Positions 13,247-27,362 of a stretch of 64,000 nt of DNA are shown in pieces. The notes under the pieces were generated by a model. That model searched no databases, was not told the origin of the DNA, and saw nothing but the letters and a program-made list of their open reading frames with translations. Made by a program: the position numbers and the translations under genes. Numbering within the stretch: the first letter of the stretch is position 1; each line of letters starts with the position of its first letter. The DNA is from Flaccisagitta enflata (Eukaryota). Location: NCBI GenBank assembly GCA_965153355.1, contig OZ231126.1:35030001-35094000 (forward strand), written 5' to 3'.

Positions 13247-13839
13247 GAAAACATGAGGGGTAGATATTAAAAAGTACCCTTTTTACTCGCGTGCACGCGA
13301 CTCGATAACCCGCTCCATCTGTCGGTCCATCCCTCCATCCGTCCGTTGGTAACACTTTGCATTTCAAGTCATTCTATTCATTTAGATCATAAACGTCATT
13401 TCTAGTCATTCTAAGTTGTTTTATGCCATTTAAAGCCATTTTTAGCCATTTTAAGTCATTTAAAGTCATTTTACATCATTTTTAGTCATTTTTGGTCATT
13501 TTTGTCATTTTATTCGTTTTGATCATTTAAGTGATGTTTAGTCATCTTAACTTGTTTTAAGTCATTCAAATTCATCTCAGGTCAAATCCTGTTATTTTAA
13601 GTCATTTCAAATAATTGTTTGTCAGTATACATCATTTTAAAGTCAAAGCTAAAATTCTTTATATTTGTTTAATCAGGGTGTTCCGGGATCACTCTCGAGG
13701 TTGGACGGCAGGCCTTCAAGCTGAAGACATTAATCGACCAACATCAAAATCGAGTACGAAACACTTAATAAGACTCAGATAATATACTCAATAAACTATA
13801 ATTATATCAGACAAACTAAATTAGCTTCTCAGGCATGCG

Positions 13840-14031
13840 TAAGGCCTTGCGGGTTTGGCCGTGAGAGGGCCGAGGCTCGGTTTTAAGGCCAAACCCGAAA
13901 TTCGGTTTTGCCTAAAGACCCGACCTTATTTTCAAGGTTTTTTTTTGGTTCTATAATATTCTTTCATTCTTTCACTTATCAATTTTTTTTTCTTTTCACC
14001 TTTATGATCATATTGTGTGTGTGTGTATTTT

Positions 14032-14127
<96 letters not shown>

Positions 14128-14528
14128 TTTTTTTTCTCTCTCTCTCCCCTTAGTTGCATCTATTTCTTTGTTTTTTTCTTATTAGGTTGTTCAAACTAGT
14201 TTTTTCCCCTTTTTTGCTGAAAGTTTTATTCAGATTTTTTGCTGTCTCTGTCTGTCTGTATCTGTGTGTGTCTGTGTATGTGTATGATTCTTTTTTTTTT
14301 TTCAATAATGTCTTTCTTTTTCTTTTTTTTTCTGTTTTTCTTTCTTATTTTTTTTCTCTCTTTTTTTTCTATCATTTTCTTTTCTCTCTGGCAAATAATC
14401 AGACATCTTTTTGTTACTATATTTACTTAAAAAAACAATGTAAACCCGACATAGACCCGAGGAAAGGTTTTGAGGTATTCCGAGCCCGAACCGAAACCGC
14501 GGAATAAAACGCCATACGCAAGGCCTTA
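13840..14528. mobile_element. hAT-like MITE
   Basis: 12-bp TIR TAAGGCCTTGCG/CGCAAGGCCTTA and perfect 8-bp TSD GGCATGCG. Confidence 0.88.
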
Positions 14529-14846
14529 GGCATGCGAACCGGAACCAAAACTTCCAAACACGCCAACACTGACAACGCCAGAATGTGTATAGATAACTTT
14601 CTGAAAGGCCGAATCAGACAAAGAACAACAAATACAAATGCAGTGCGGGTCCCAGCTCAGACAGCCTGAATATGAATACGCGTGACGATGCGACACGAAA
14701 AAAATCAACCGCGACGAAAGATAAAAATAAGGCAAAAGTGACAACTATGGTTCAACAGAATAAGAATGCAACCGGTACGAGCAAAAAGGAGAATAACATG
14801 TTGAAATCAGTGACAACAGACACAGCAAAAAACGCGCCCGGTGCTA

Positions 14847-15821
14847 AACAAGGCCAACACTTATAAGTCGCATGCGGGACATAAATGTTTCTATTAACCT
14901 GACTCCACCAGTTTCAATTAAAGCCTTGAAACCCACCAGTTTCAATCCAAGCCCACCACTTTCAATTCAAGCCCACCACTTTATATTCATGCCCACCAGT
15001 TTTTGCACCCAGCAGTTTCAATCAATCCACTAGTTTCAATTCAAACCATGAAACCCAGCAGTTTTAATTTCAGCCTTGAAACCAAGCAGTTCCACACAAC
15101 CCAATTATCCCTTTGTTCCTGTGATATAAATTCCCGGGAATTACTTATTCCTTTGAATTCCCAGGAATTTCATTGCCAATTCCCTAAAATTCCTGATGAC
15201 TTAAAACGTCTTTAAATGACAAATGGCATGGAAAATGTCATGAAAAATATCATGAAAAATGTAAAATGTCTTCAATCTTAATGACTGTAAATGGCCTAGG
15301 TCATTTAGACCACCTAAGTCATTTCAAGTCATTTTCATTTACTTTAAGTCACTTAGGTCCTTTTTTTGTCATTTTTGTTAATTTTTGGTCATACTAAGTA
15401 ATTTTTTATAATCTTAGCCATTTAAAGTCATGTAAAGACATTTTAAAAGTCATTGAAAGTCATTGAAAGTTGTCAGGAATTTTAGGGAATTAGCAATGGA
15501 ATTCCTGGGCATTCAAAGGAATGACAAAAATAATTCCAAGGAATTGATATCACAGGAACAAAGAAAAAATTGTGTTGTGTGGAACTGGTGGGTTTCAAGG
15601 CTGAATTTAAAACTGGTGGGTTTCAAGGCTGGAATTGAAACTGATGGGTGCCAAAACTTGAATTGAAACTGGTGGGCATGAACATAAAGTGGTGGGCTTG
15701 AATTGAAAGTGGCAGGTTTGAATTGAAACTGGTGGGTTTCAAGCCTTTAATTGAAACTGGTGGAGTCAGATCAATAAAGATATTTCTGTCATGCACACAA
15801 CTTATAGGTGTTGGCCTTGTT
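14847..15821. repeat. ~1-kb inverted repeat made of two HINE 3' halves
   Basis: AACAAGGCCAACACTTATAAGT... at left and ...ACTTATAGGTGTTGGCCTTGTT at right, with mirrored CCCACCAGTTTCAATT units. Confidence 0.8.
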
Positions 15822-16629
15822 AGCATTCAAAACCAAAATTCACATAGAATAAAAAAGTCAGAAATAAAACTTTTCAGGTAAATTTGAGTCAGTTAAAACT
15901 CCTTAAAGATATTCATTAAAAAAACCCTGACATTTTGTTGTTAGTTTTTCTTGCCCTTTCGGCTTAGTCTATTTGCTTCCATGAACTCCATTGATGTTGA
16001 TTTGAGTTACCTTCCTCAGCAAAGTGTGTGTCAAGCTAAGAAAGTCACTATGGAGTAGTTACAAACACAAAAATCTATGATTTTGTCACCTATTTTGAAT
16101 AAAATCCTGTCAAAATCAAAATCTTTGCAACAAATCATTAAACTCCCCTAGTAACATGGGATTTAGAGAAGACCTACAATCTATTCTAGCTTCTAGTATG
16201 ACTAATTGGGGTACTCTGGCTCAAATTTCATTGTGCTGTGGCACTTCTATGAATGGTTTTCTTTCAATGGAGCAAGTCTGGATAATTTTGCACGCCCTGT
16301 TATTTCTTCTTCAGAAATATATAGTGGGACACATCAAATGAGCCGCAAACCACCCACTGAGACCGAATCTGCAGACAGAAATAATGAAATAAATCATCAT
16401 AGAGAGTAATGATAAAAAATGTATTAAATTAATACTACTTTTGTACATATTTCAAAAAGCGCCCCAAAAATGATTTAGTTTTTTTTAAGATTTGTATTAT
16501 ACACACCACAAGGACTTGAAACCTATTAGAGTTACAGACAATCATTCTAAGCCAACTCATTCCGTGTTCTGGGGGACAGTGCACACATCATCTTAGGGAA
16601 TCGAAACATAACAATGGTACACAACTTAC

Positions 16630-16803
16630 CTGAAGATGTTTTGCGCCAGTCACTCTCTCTGATATTACATATTGTGAAAAAAAAGGCGTGACGAGACAAA
16701 GACCAACAACCAGAGACATCAATGAGTATCGCAAGTGTTCCCTTTGGCTTTCATCAGGTTGATTTTTGGTTTTCATTGTTTTTGGAAGGGGATGATTATA
16801 TAC
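16630..16803 (-). CDS. ABCA-subfamily transporter exon (VYNHPLP...ERVTGAKHLQ)
   Basis: CATCCAG|GTA TAT AAT CAT CCC ... CAT CTT CAG|GTAAGT; 174 nt = 58 codons, phase 0/0. Contains the NHPL and ER-x3-AKHLQ motifs typical of the ABCA second half. Confidence 0.92.
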
Positions 16804-16976
16804 CTGGATGAGACCAACAACAACCATCAAAGTTGTTAGTCAAGTGCACATGGATGTCGCATGTGTCATTCAATTGATCGGTCAGATGGCTGGTGGGGTG
16901 ATCAAACGGAAGCTTTCTCAAAACAAAGCCATATCAGTCATGTTTATAAACCGTCTCTAAATCAAATTGAAATATA

Positions 16977-17755
16977 CAGTATGATTGTTTTCGTTTGTAA
17001 CATTACATGACGACATAACTTTTAAAGTTGTAGAGATAATCCTATTCTGAAAAAAGATAGTGAATGAAATTGAAAATACATTTTATGCTATTAAACTTCC
17101 ATGACTTTTCAGCAAAAATTTGATCTAGATTTCTTACTATTAGTTGTAAGGCAAATTTGACTAAAATGAACTGTTTTTCATGTTTGGAGATAAACTGTTT
17201 TTCTTTGGATTGCTCTTATTTCTTAACAATTTGACCTACAGATACCAGGTTGGTCTCAAATGAAAGATAATTTGAAGTAGTTTTAGAAAATAAAAAGAAA
17301 GAAACCTATTTGGAAACACGTATCATAAAAAAACATAAAAGAAATGGGATCATTTTTGAAAATTATAAAAAGTTCCTGCCTATAGTTATTAAATTGTATT
17401 CAAAACATCAAATCCGTGCTTACTTTTCAGAAAACCTTAAAACTAGATCAAATTATCTTTCATTTGAGACCAATCTGGCATCTGTAGCTCAAACCGTTAA
17501 GAAATGAGAACAATTTTAAGGTAAACAGTCCATTTGTTAAATTTTCACGAAATTTTTCAATTTGACAATTTGTCAAGTTGTGTGGTAATTCATTTTTTCA
17601 TCAGAGAATCAAATGTTACTAAGTAGATCCTTTGATTGATATATTATAAAATGTATTTTCATAGTCTTTTAGGAACTTTTTTCAGAATTCAATTTTTTGA
17701 ATTATTTTTGGAATTATGTCGTCATGAAATGTTACAAACAAAAACAATCATACTG
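16977..17755. mobile_element. Tc1/mariner-like MITE
   Basis: TA|CAGTATGATTGTTTT...ATGACGACATAA and inverted TTATGTCGTCAT...AACAATCATACTG|TA. Confidence 0.88.
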
Positions 17756-20752
17756 TACTAAACCTTTTTAACTTGTAACCATGGTGTCAATAAAAATGGC
17801 CGCCTATTCGAACCCCGCCCTGAGGTCAATTATTCGACTAGCTTCATAACTTTTTAGGTGGTGATAGAACTCCAAACTTCTGGCTCAGCAAAAAAATCAG
17901 AACTTAAAAAAGTTTATAAATGTACCCGTGGCATTAATTTTTGTGGAAGGCATAAAAATATGGACTGCCAAATCATTTTTTTTTTGTAATGTTTTACAAA
18001 AACTCATGCCAGAGGCGCAAAAATACACATTTCCGAGTTCTGACTTTTGCAGCAGGTCAATAAATTGTAAAACTATCACACAAAAAAATTTGCCTTGTAT
18101 CAAAAATTCATTTCATTAAAGAGGTTGGACAAGAGGTGTTTAAGAGATGATTTTTCACCTTTTCACTAAAATCTACAAAAAATAGTGCAAAAATTAAGTT
18201 CTGATTTTTTTGTTGAGTCAGAAATTTGATGAACTATTTCCACCTATGAAGTTGTAGGACTAGTTGCAAAAATGAGCTCACTGTAAAAAATTGAAGTTAG
18301 TAAAAATTTTCTGTTAACAACTGATTTTACTCCCTTGTTTAAAAATCATCACTGTGACCACAGAAATTAACTTTTTTGAGTTCTGATTTTTTTGCTGAGT
18401 CAAATATCATTAAAATTTTCTTCATCCTTAAAAAATTCAAACGCGACTTTTTTCCAAATTTGAGACCAATGTCAAGATTTGGCTGCACGCTTCAGCCTGA
18501 AATTTGTATATTGCTGTGTCATTTTTTTTTGTACCAGAGAAATAAGTTATGAGCCAGATAGAGTTGAAACGCTTAATGTACTACCTAAAGCATGAGTCTT
18601 CGTTCACCTATAAACATGAATAACCTCACTTTGGTAAAAGATAAGTAGGGAAAATTGGTTAGATCTGGAAACAGCCTCAAAAAATCTTCCATTTGAGTCC
18701 AATCCCGTCCCAGTAGCTTAATGCGTTTAGAAATGAGAGCAATTTAAAGATTGCTTGTCACTTTTGAAAAAAAGGAAATGAATTGTGAAATTTTCCTGTC
18801 TCATGCATCTTTCCATACGCGTGCTTGACTAGACATGAAAAAACATGACTGAACAAACGCAAGTGGTTGAAAAAGGTTCAGGGGCTGCTAATGCAATTCA
18901 CCAACATTTATCCCCTCAAAGAATTTCTGGATCAAGAAGATGTTAAAGACAATCTAAAACTAAAAAGGGACTGACAAAAAATCGCATATGATGTTAAATG
19001 ACAAGGTTTGGTAAAGTACCTCCACAAGCCTCACAAATCATTGCATTGACCTATGGGAGCAGGTTTTGCTGATGCAGGAAGTCAGATGAAGTACAGTACG
19101 AGTATCGAAGAACTGTATAACTAGGGGGAAGCCATATCTGCCAAACGGCTAGGATAGGCAAAGAAGTGTGTTCAACTTTACGACGGTTCACAATCGAGAT
19201 TTTTGGCTTGTACGTCAAGAAGCATGACATCAGCGAGTATTTCAAATTTCAGGGCAATCGCATCAATAGTTTAGAAGTTACGGCCGTTTTCATACTTAAA
19301 AAGTAAAAGAGAAAAGCGACGTTCTTTTCTGCCGTTCTTTCTTCGAACTCGCCCCCAATCAATTTTTTAAAATTTTTTGAAAAAAGTAAGGTTACAGGAT
19401 TTTGGATATAGGCGAATTAAACAATTTCTTATCGATTGCACCTCACTTTTAAAAACCATTTTTCAAAAAAATATTTTGTGATTTTTAGTCGTGTGCTACG
19501 CGACTCTACACCCCGCTATGTCGGTCCGTCGGTCAGTCGGTCGGTCGGTGCCCCTTTTACTTATTCAGCGTTTTTGAGCTTTTTGAGTAGACTGCTCCTG
19601 CCCAAATGCTCTGTTGGTCTTGTTTTTTCTAAGTCCCTGACGCGCGACACAAAATTTTTCTAAGTTTTTTGTAAAAAAGTGAAAATACAAGGTTTTGGAT
19701 CTAAGCAAATCAAACAATTTCTTATTGATTACAGCCCACTTTTAAAAACTATTTTTTAAAAAAAAATATTCTATAATTTCTTTTTTTTCTAAGTCCCTGA
19801 TGTGCGACACAAAAATTTTCTAAGTTTTTTGTAAAAAAGTGAAAATACAAGATTTTGGATCTAGGTGAATCAAAAAATTTCCTATTGATTCCACCCTTTT
19901 TTTTCAAAAAAAAAAAATTTCAATAAGGGCTTTTTTGGGGGCCTTTAGGGGCCCCTAAAAAGAAAATAATGTTTAGTTAAAGCCGACGGTGAGAGAAATT
20001 GAATCTCTGTCAAACAAAACCAAGAACACCTAGATCAGTGGTGATTTGCGCCTTCAATGACTCTCAACACTTCAGGGGGCGAGTTTTTTTAAAAACGAGA
20101 TGCGCATTCAGCCTCATAAATTTTTAATTGTTGCTCGTTCCCTAGCTAGGATTCACAATCAAATTTTTTACCACATAATGCACCTATAGGTCAACTATGT
20201 TGTTTGAGGTTTTGGAGCCAGTCCAACAAATTCATTTTTTTTAGTCCAAAAATTTTTTTTTTCAGTTTTTTGCTGATTTTGACTATAAAATTACACTCAT
20301 ATGTATATTAGTTAGACACATTTACACAAATTTCATTTTTTGTTGGGGATTTTCCGCCAATTTTTGTAGCTATGGCACCCAAAACTCAAAAAACACTAAA
20401 AGTGGAATATTTCCTAAGATTTTCAATATTCATATTCCAGAATTTCACATATGCAGTGAAGCCGTTTTAGAGTTATGATGGTCCGAAGTTTCAAAAAACA
20501 CCAATTTTTTAACAAAAATTAAGAAAATTTTTCAAAAAAATTGAAAAAAAAATGTTGTCTTCAGGGTTTTGGATCTGGGCGAATTAGATATTTGCCAATT
20601 GTTCTGACCCCCCTTTATAGTCCATTTTTTGAACATTTTTCGCTAATTTTTTACCCAAAGATTTGGTGGAAAAATTGGTGTTTTTTGTAACTTTGGACCA
20701 TCATAACTCTAAAACGGCTTCACTGACAAATGTGAAATTCTGGAATTTGAAT

Positions 20753-20932
20753 TAGTGAAAGTCGAAGATTTGGCTTCGGCATCGACCTACTGACCGGGAC
20801 ACTACCCTAACTGCGGAACCGAAGTCGAAGTTGTTATCCAACTTCGGTTTGCAGGAGTCAGGAGTCAGTATGAAGTAGGTAGAAGGTTCAAAGTTGGATT
20901 CTTTTAAAGGAGAAAAAAAGAAAAAAGAGAGA

Positions 20933-21012
<80 letters not shown>

Positions 21013-21744
21013 GACAGAGAGAGAGAGAGAAACAGTGAGAGAGTGACAGATGGGGAGAGATAAAGTTAGATGTTTTAATTCAAAGAATGTAAGAGTATGT
21101 TAGGAAATGTAAGAAAATATAAGACAAAGAGAGAAAGAAAGAAAGAAAGAGACAGACAGACAGACAGACAGACAGATAGACAAATAGAGAGAGAAGGAGA
21201 AAGAGAGAGGGAGAGAAAGAAAGAAACAAAAGGAGGGATAAATAAAGAAACAGAGAAAAGAGGGAGAAAAAAAACATGAAAATAAAAATACAAATGATTG
21301 AAAAAAAATCATTTAAAGAAATATCAGAACCACTAGTTTTGCTTCAGAGATTAACTTAAACTTTAAAAACAAAGCACATATTTGTATTGATATGTTTAAA
21401 TAAATGAAATTTCACTTATTGGTATCATACTATTTCTCACATTCAAAAGCAAAAAGAAATGATAAATCAATAAAAGATTTTAAGTTATTTTTTTTTAAAA
21501 AGAGAAATAAAAGTGAAAAATAAAGCAAGATAAAAAAAAAAAAAAAAAACAAGATAAAAAATAAAATCAAAATTTGATATTTATCTTTATAATATAAAAA
21601 AAATTTGATTCAATCAAAAAATTGAAGTAACTTTGAACTTCGGTTTTGGACTTCGGCAACCTTTGGATTCGGTTTCGGAAACAAAGTCACTGTAATCTTT
21701 GGCTTCGGTTCGACTTTGGTCTACCTACCTTTGGTCTAACACTA
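20753..21744. mobile_element. hAT-like non-autonomous element containing (GA)n
   Basis: TAGTG...CACTA ends; 8-bp TSD ATTTGAAT/ATATGAAT (1 mismatch); subterminal CTTCGG/CCGAAG repeats. Confidence 0.6.
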
Positions 21745-21870
21745 ATATGAATATATGCTTATACTTGAGTAACTTCAGCAAAAAAGAAGGTTTCTGAACA
21801 AAAAAAAAAATTTATGCAAGCTCAAAAATGGCTAAAATGCAAATTTTGCTGATTTTGCTCTGACAAAGTA

Positions 21871-22472
21871 CAGTGGGGTTCGTGGAATAACAGCCTAAAC
21901 TGGAGGAAGCTATTTAAGTGTCTTAATTTCATTTGACAAACTTGATATTTAAAATATAAGTTGTTTAATCGATGCTTTTGTCCCTGAGTTTTTTGGTTGC
22001 TATGGAAACCAAAATTATTTTTTCAAACATTTATAAACACTAAAATATCAATATTTTGAGAAATATTGTCAGGGAACATTGCTCAAAATTAAATTTGCTA
22101 CAACTTTCCCACAGTATGATCTGTAAGAATATTGCTTGTTTGGCCGTTGCTAGGGGGCATCACACCTAGCAACCGCCAAATGATGCTCCCTAGCAATGGC
22201 TAAACGAGCAATATTCTTACAGGACATACTGTGGGAAAGTTGTAGCAAATCTAATTCTGAGCAATGTTCCCTGATTATATTCATCAAAATATTGATATTC
22301 TAGTTGTTATAAATGTTTGAAAAAAAAATTTTTGTTTCCTCAGCAACCAAAAAACTCAGGGCCAAAAGCATCAAGTGAACAACTTATATTTCAAATATCA
22401 GGTTTGTCAAATGAAATTAAGACACTTAAATACCTTCCTCCACTTTAGGCTGTTATTCCACGAACCCCACTG
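21871..22472. mobile_element. Palindromic Tc1/mariner-like MITE
   Basis: TA|CAGTGGGGTTCGTGGAATAACAGCC ... GGCTGTTATTCCACGAACCCCACTG|TA; arms ~280 bp. Confidence 0.9.
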
Positions 22473-23124
22473 TAACTTTGAACGTCAATATCTCCGCAGC
22501 AAATAGTCGCAGTGAGCTCAAATTTTAGGTGAAGTTAAGGTAGATAACAGGTAACAACTCTACCAAAAATGAAGATGATTGGATGACAGGAACAGTTTTT
22601 ATTCAACCTCAAAAAATGGATCATTTTTGCAATTTTTGAGAAACAATTTTTTTTTCTAACAGGGCTAGCTCAAAATTTTTTTTAGAGACTTTTAATTTGT
22701 TATTAATTATATCAATATATGACAATTGACAGAATTTTTTATTTGAAAAAAAAAATTTTTGATCAAAAATTGTCCTACACTGCATTTTGTGAAAAATTCA
22801 AAATTTCATAACTGTATCAAGATTTCATTTTGAGAGCTGAAATTTTGCACACTTATTAGTGAGTCCTAAAACTACTACCACGCCAAAAATCAGGCGATTT
22901 TATTGAAAACCTTAGGAAATATTCCACTTTTTGTATTTTTTAAGTTTTTGGGTGCCATAGCTACAAAAATTGGCGGAAAATCCCCAGCAAAAAATGAAAT
23001 TTGTGTAAATGTATCTGACTAATATACATATGAGAGATTTTTTTTTAAGGTTAATTTTTGTAGTCAAAATCAGCAAAAAACTGGAAAAATTTTTTTGGAC
23101 TAAAAAAAATGAATTAGTTGGTAT

Positions 23125-23952
23125 TGTCACAAAGCATGGTCTTGCACCAATTTTGTCTATTCTTATGGATTATTTGGTTTGTATTTAGGCCTTAGATTTT
23201 GATTTATTGATTGATATTTTTGGTTATATTTAGATATTTTACTTAGATTTGATCGTTTTATTTAGACTGGTTTTATCGTTTGCAGTTATTACAGGTTTGA
23301 ATTATTCTGATTTCATTTATTGACATTGCTTAAATTTATTGATTGATTTATTGCCTCGTTTATTCGTTTATTTCATGCATTTATTGATTTGTCCGTCTGA
23401 TTTGTCCTTATTTCTGTCCAAATTGTTTATGTTTATCCATATGATCTTTTCTTCCCTTGCATTTCGTTTCTGTCATGAATCTCCTGCGTTTTTTGTTATT
23501 TGGGCTATTTTAGACCAAATTTGTAGTGCCCTCAATTGACCATTATTTGCATTTTTTACTGGCTGACGCAATCGAGTGTCGAAGGGAAATTGAAGATTCC
23601 TTGATATTCTATCGCCTTCTAGAACTTTTCGTTGCTTAGATACCGCCATTTTGCCGGCAATATTTCCTACAGACTCTAGAAAGACGCTTCGAATTGCTAA
23701 AAACTACGTTTCCGTATATTAAATAGACAATTTTTACCATTATTCGTACCGATACGAGCATCATTAGGACGCTTTTCGACTTCCCTGAGCACCAAACAAA
23801 GCTTTAACTAACTTCGCCTACGTTCAAATAAAAGAAGATTTCGTTAAGATCGCACCGTATTTGTTCGGGGTTTGAGTTTCAGTCAACAGCGGCGCAGCCG
23901 CATACAGGAAAGCTAGCGGCATTGGGCATTTAGTTTAGTACACCAGAATACA
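23125..23952 (+). repeat. 5' LTR (828 bp)
   Basis: TGTCACAAAGCATGG...CACCAGAATACA, repeated at 30972. Confidence 0.9.
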
Positions 23953-24911
23953 GTTAAAGCTTTAAATAGCGCATGCCCTGGCTCTTTTGTATGTGTCTAT
24001 CGTTAAAGAAAACCTCCGACGAAAACCAAGAACCGCTTTAGAACCATCGCTTGTATGGGATGAAGTATTCGACGATAATCAAGAACCCACTCAGAATCAG
24101 GAATCAGGAAACCGACGCGACGATCAAGAATCAACTCAGAATCGATGCTCAGCGTAATCAAGAAACTGAAGCCCGCGCGACGTTCAAAAACAAAGACACA
24201 GACACGTATCTCATGAAAGAACAAAAGAAATCCAAACAGAAGAAAACTTGTAAATGAGTCTTTCTTCTCCGAGGCAGCGCGTGAACAGAACAACTTACGT
24301 GAATAATTAGAACATCAATCTGACAGTCCCCGCTCACCCGGTGACCATCGGAAACACCGCATTTTGCACACGTGAATTTGCACATCCCTAGAAAGTTAGT
24401 AACATTGTGGCTCAAGGGTCTTCGGTTCTCGAAGAAACTTGGGCTTTCAGCCAGTTTTATTACATGCAGTCAGAACATTGTTTCTGAGGTCCCTCGTTCG
24501 CTAGTGACCTCGGCTAGCTAGAAATACTCTACTAGAGTTTAGAAATTACAAAGAACCCCATACCGGGTTAATTTGGCCCCCGTCAGTCAGTCAGATTTGC
24601 TAGAATTTAGAACCGTCTATTCTTCGAAGAACCCCTAACTGGGTAATTCGGTCCCATCAGTCAGAACATCAGGCTAAGGATAACAGCTGATTAGGCCTCG
24701 GTAACCGAGGACTTTCAAGCTGAGATTTTACAGGTCATTAGGGTCATTTGTTCAGAGCTTGTTTGTAGCTCTAACAGCAAAACAAAACTCGAGAGTTGGG
24801 CCTATTTTGGCACCTAAGTTCGAGTCTCTATGTTCATCAGAGGGTTCTAAACAGTCCCGTATGTCCCGCAGGCCCAAGGGCTGCGGGATGTACTATCACA
24901 GGTATATTATA

Positions 24912-25509
24912 ACAGTGGCAAAATAAAAAAAGAGACAACGTGTTTAGCTGATTTGTGCTGAACTGAAGATTTAAACTATAAAAAATCAGTGACCGTTTGA
25001 AAGATCTGCGAAAGATCTTTCAAATGAGACATTGCTGGTTATTCTAGCTTTATTCGTTTAGAAATGGCACAAGAATGAATAAAAACATTGCCATATTCAA
25101 TTTTGGGATTCAACTGAATTTAAAAGGTTTTGAAAAGAAGTAGTGCACTTTGACAAGCTGTAACTCTTAAACAGTTTGAGTTACAAATCTGGGATTGGTC
25201 TTAAATGAAAGAAAATTCAAAAATCTTTGAAACAACATCAAAAAAAAAGTTCAAATAAATTTTTGTTCCATGTTTTTTATGAATTAACAAAAAGTTGCAG
25301 CTTTTTCAATGTGACTTTTTCACTTTTGACCATCTACTCTTTATTCTGATGTCATTTCTAAAGCAATAAAGCTATGACAACCAGCATGGTCTCATTTTGA
25401 AGATCTTTGGAAGAGCTTTCAAATGGTCATAGGTTTTGCCATGTTTTTCTCATTTGATGAATGTGAAACATTGAAAAACATTTTGACTCTTTTTTTATTT
25501 TGCCACTGT
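24912..25509. mobile_element. Tc1/mariner-like MITE
   Basis: TA|ACAGTGGCAAAATAAAAAAAGAG ... CTCTTTTTTTATTTTGCCACTGT|TA. Confidence 0.8.
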
Positions 25510-25984
25510 TACCCAACTATCCCGCGATGTTAGTTTGAATTTAGAGAGGAAGAGAATCCCTTTAAGCTTGTAGTAGCTTGCGCGGCAAAACCTCTAATTC
25601 CAACGTAAAAAAAGAAATAGAACTTGGAAAGGTAGAAAGAAAGAAAGAACAGTAAGAAAAAACGCAAATGATAAAAAAAAGAGGAAGAAAAAGGAAAAGA
25701 GAGAAAGAAAAGAAAGAGAGAAAGAAAAAGAGAGAAAGAAAAAGAAATCGGGAAAGAAAAAGAAATCGGGAAAGAAAAAGAGAGAAAGAAAAAACGCGGA
25801 AAAAAAACATACGGAAAGATAGAAAACACGAAGACACCCTGCCAACCCGAGGACAGAGAGCGGCCGTGCCCGCACGTCTGTAGCTCAAGCCAGTTCCGCG
25901 ATCCTGTTTCTACTCAGAACTTAGAAAGACGAAGAAATGAAAGAAACTATGAATCAGAAATAATATTCGAAGAACTTGGAAGGA

Positions 25985-26175
25985 AATAAAGAACTCGAAA
26001 GTTAGAAAGAACTCAAAAGTTAGAAAGAACTCAAAAGTTAGAAAAAACTCGAAAGTTAGAAAAAACTCGAAAGTTAGAAAAAACTCGAAAGTTAGAAAGA
26101 ACTCGAAAGTTAGAAAGAACTCGAAAGTTAGAAAGAACTCAAAAGTTAGAGAGAACTCGAAAGATAGAAAGAACC
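25985..26175 (+). repeat. 19-bp tandem repeat AGAACTCGAAAGTTAGAAA, ~10 copies
   Basis: Directly visible array inside the 23125-31578 LTR element. Confidence 0.9.
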
Positions 26176-26733
26176 TGGGAAGATAGTAAGTAGTAACTTC
26201 GGTCAGTTAGAATCCATTTGACCAGGAAAATAGAAGTATTTGTTACCAATGAAACTCAATTCGATTGAACAGATTCAGTTTTGCATACTGCATCAGATAT
26301 ATTATCGCCGATTACGCCTTGGAAACTGAGGACTTTCGGATGGGCGAATTTTAAGAAAAATCGAGAAAGGGGCCTCAGTCTCATTCTCGGCCTGCTCAGT
26401 CTCATTCTCGGCCTGCTCAGTCTCATTCTCGGCCTGCTCAGTCTCTTCCTCGGCCGGCTCAGTCTGACTGCCTATCTGCTCTATTAGATTTGGGTACCTC
26501 TTCCCCCTCTTGGAGCACCGCCCGATACATACCACAGCTGGACACAGACGGATACAGACCACAGTCCCAATCACAACAGACTCAGCATTCAGCACAAATG
26601 ACCGAAAACCAAAATTCATGGGAAGCGGCAGGGTCCAGCTCATTTGAAACTTGGGCGAGTTCCGTGAGCCAACCACAACCACACACCACCCAAGCACAAT
26701 CACAAAGTAGGGAAGTGGAAAACCTTGCAAGGC

Positions 26734-27362
26734 CACCGTGTTGCCTAGCTGTGATAGGTAGGAAAAAATGACTCAGCATAGTGACCTATTCTAGGTTGTT
26801 GCTTACATGTAGGTGCATCTCACCATACATGGAACTAAAAATTCTGTTGGGATTTTTTTGAAAAATATACAAAAAACACATTTTTTTATACAATTTGTGC
26901 CATAAATCTCTGTGATCAATTTTTAGATAATTTTCGAGTTCAGAATTGAATTTAGATGATGTTTTCTGTTTCGTTTGATATGTCACACTATATTCTTTCA
27001 AAGAAAGAAGGAAAGTTCATTTTTTGAATATAATACTACAATAATAAATATCATTTTAAGTATTTTATAGACAAAATGAACTCTTTATTCTTCTTTAAAA
27101 GTATATAGTGTGACATATCAAACGAAACAGAAAACATCATCTGAATTCAGTTCTGAACTCGAAAATTATCTAAAATTTGATCACAAAGATTTATGGCACA
27201 AATTGTAAAAAAAAATGTGTTTTTTATATATTTTTCAAAAAAATCCCAACAGAATTTTTAATTTCATGTATGGTGAGATGCACCTACATGTAAGCAACAA
27301 CCCAGAATAGGTCACTATGCTGAGTCATTTTTTCCTACCTACCACAGCTAGGGAGCACGGTG
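26734..27362. mobile_element. Foldback MITE, Chapaev/CMC-like
   Basis: CACCGTG...CACGGTG termini, ~290-bp inverted arms and a 4-bp TSD AGGC. CAC/GTG ends with a 4-bp TSD are Chapaev hallmarks. Confidence 0.85.
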
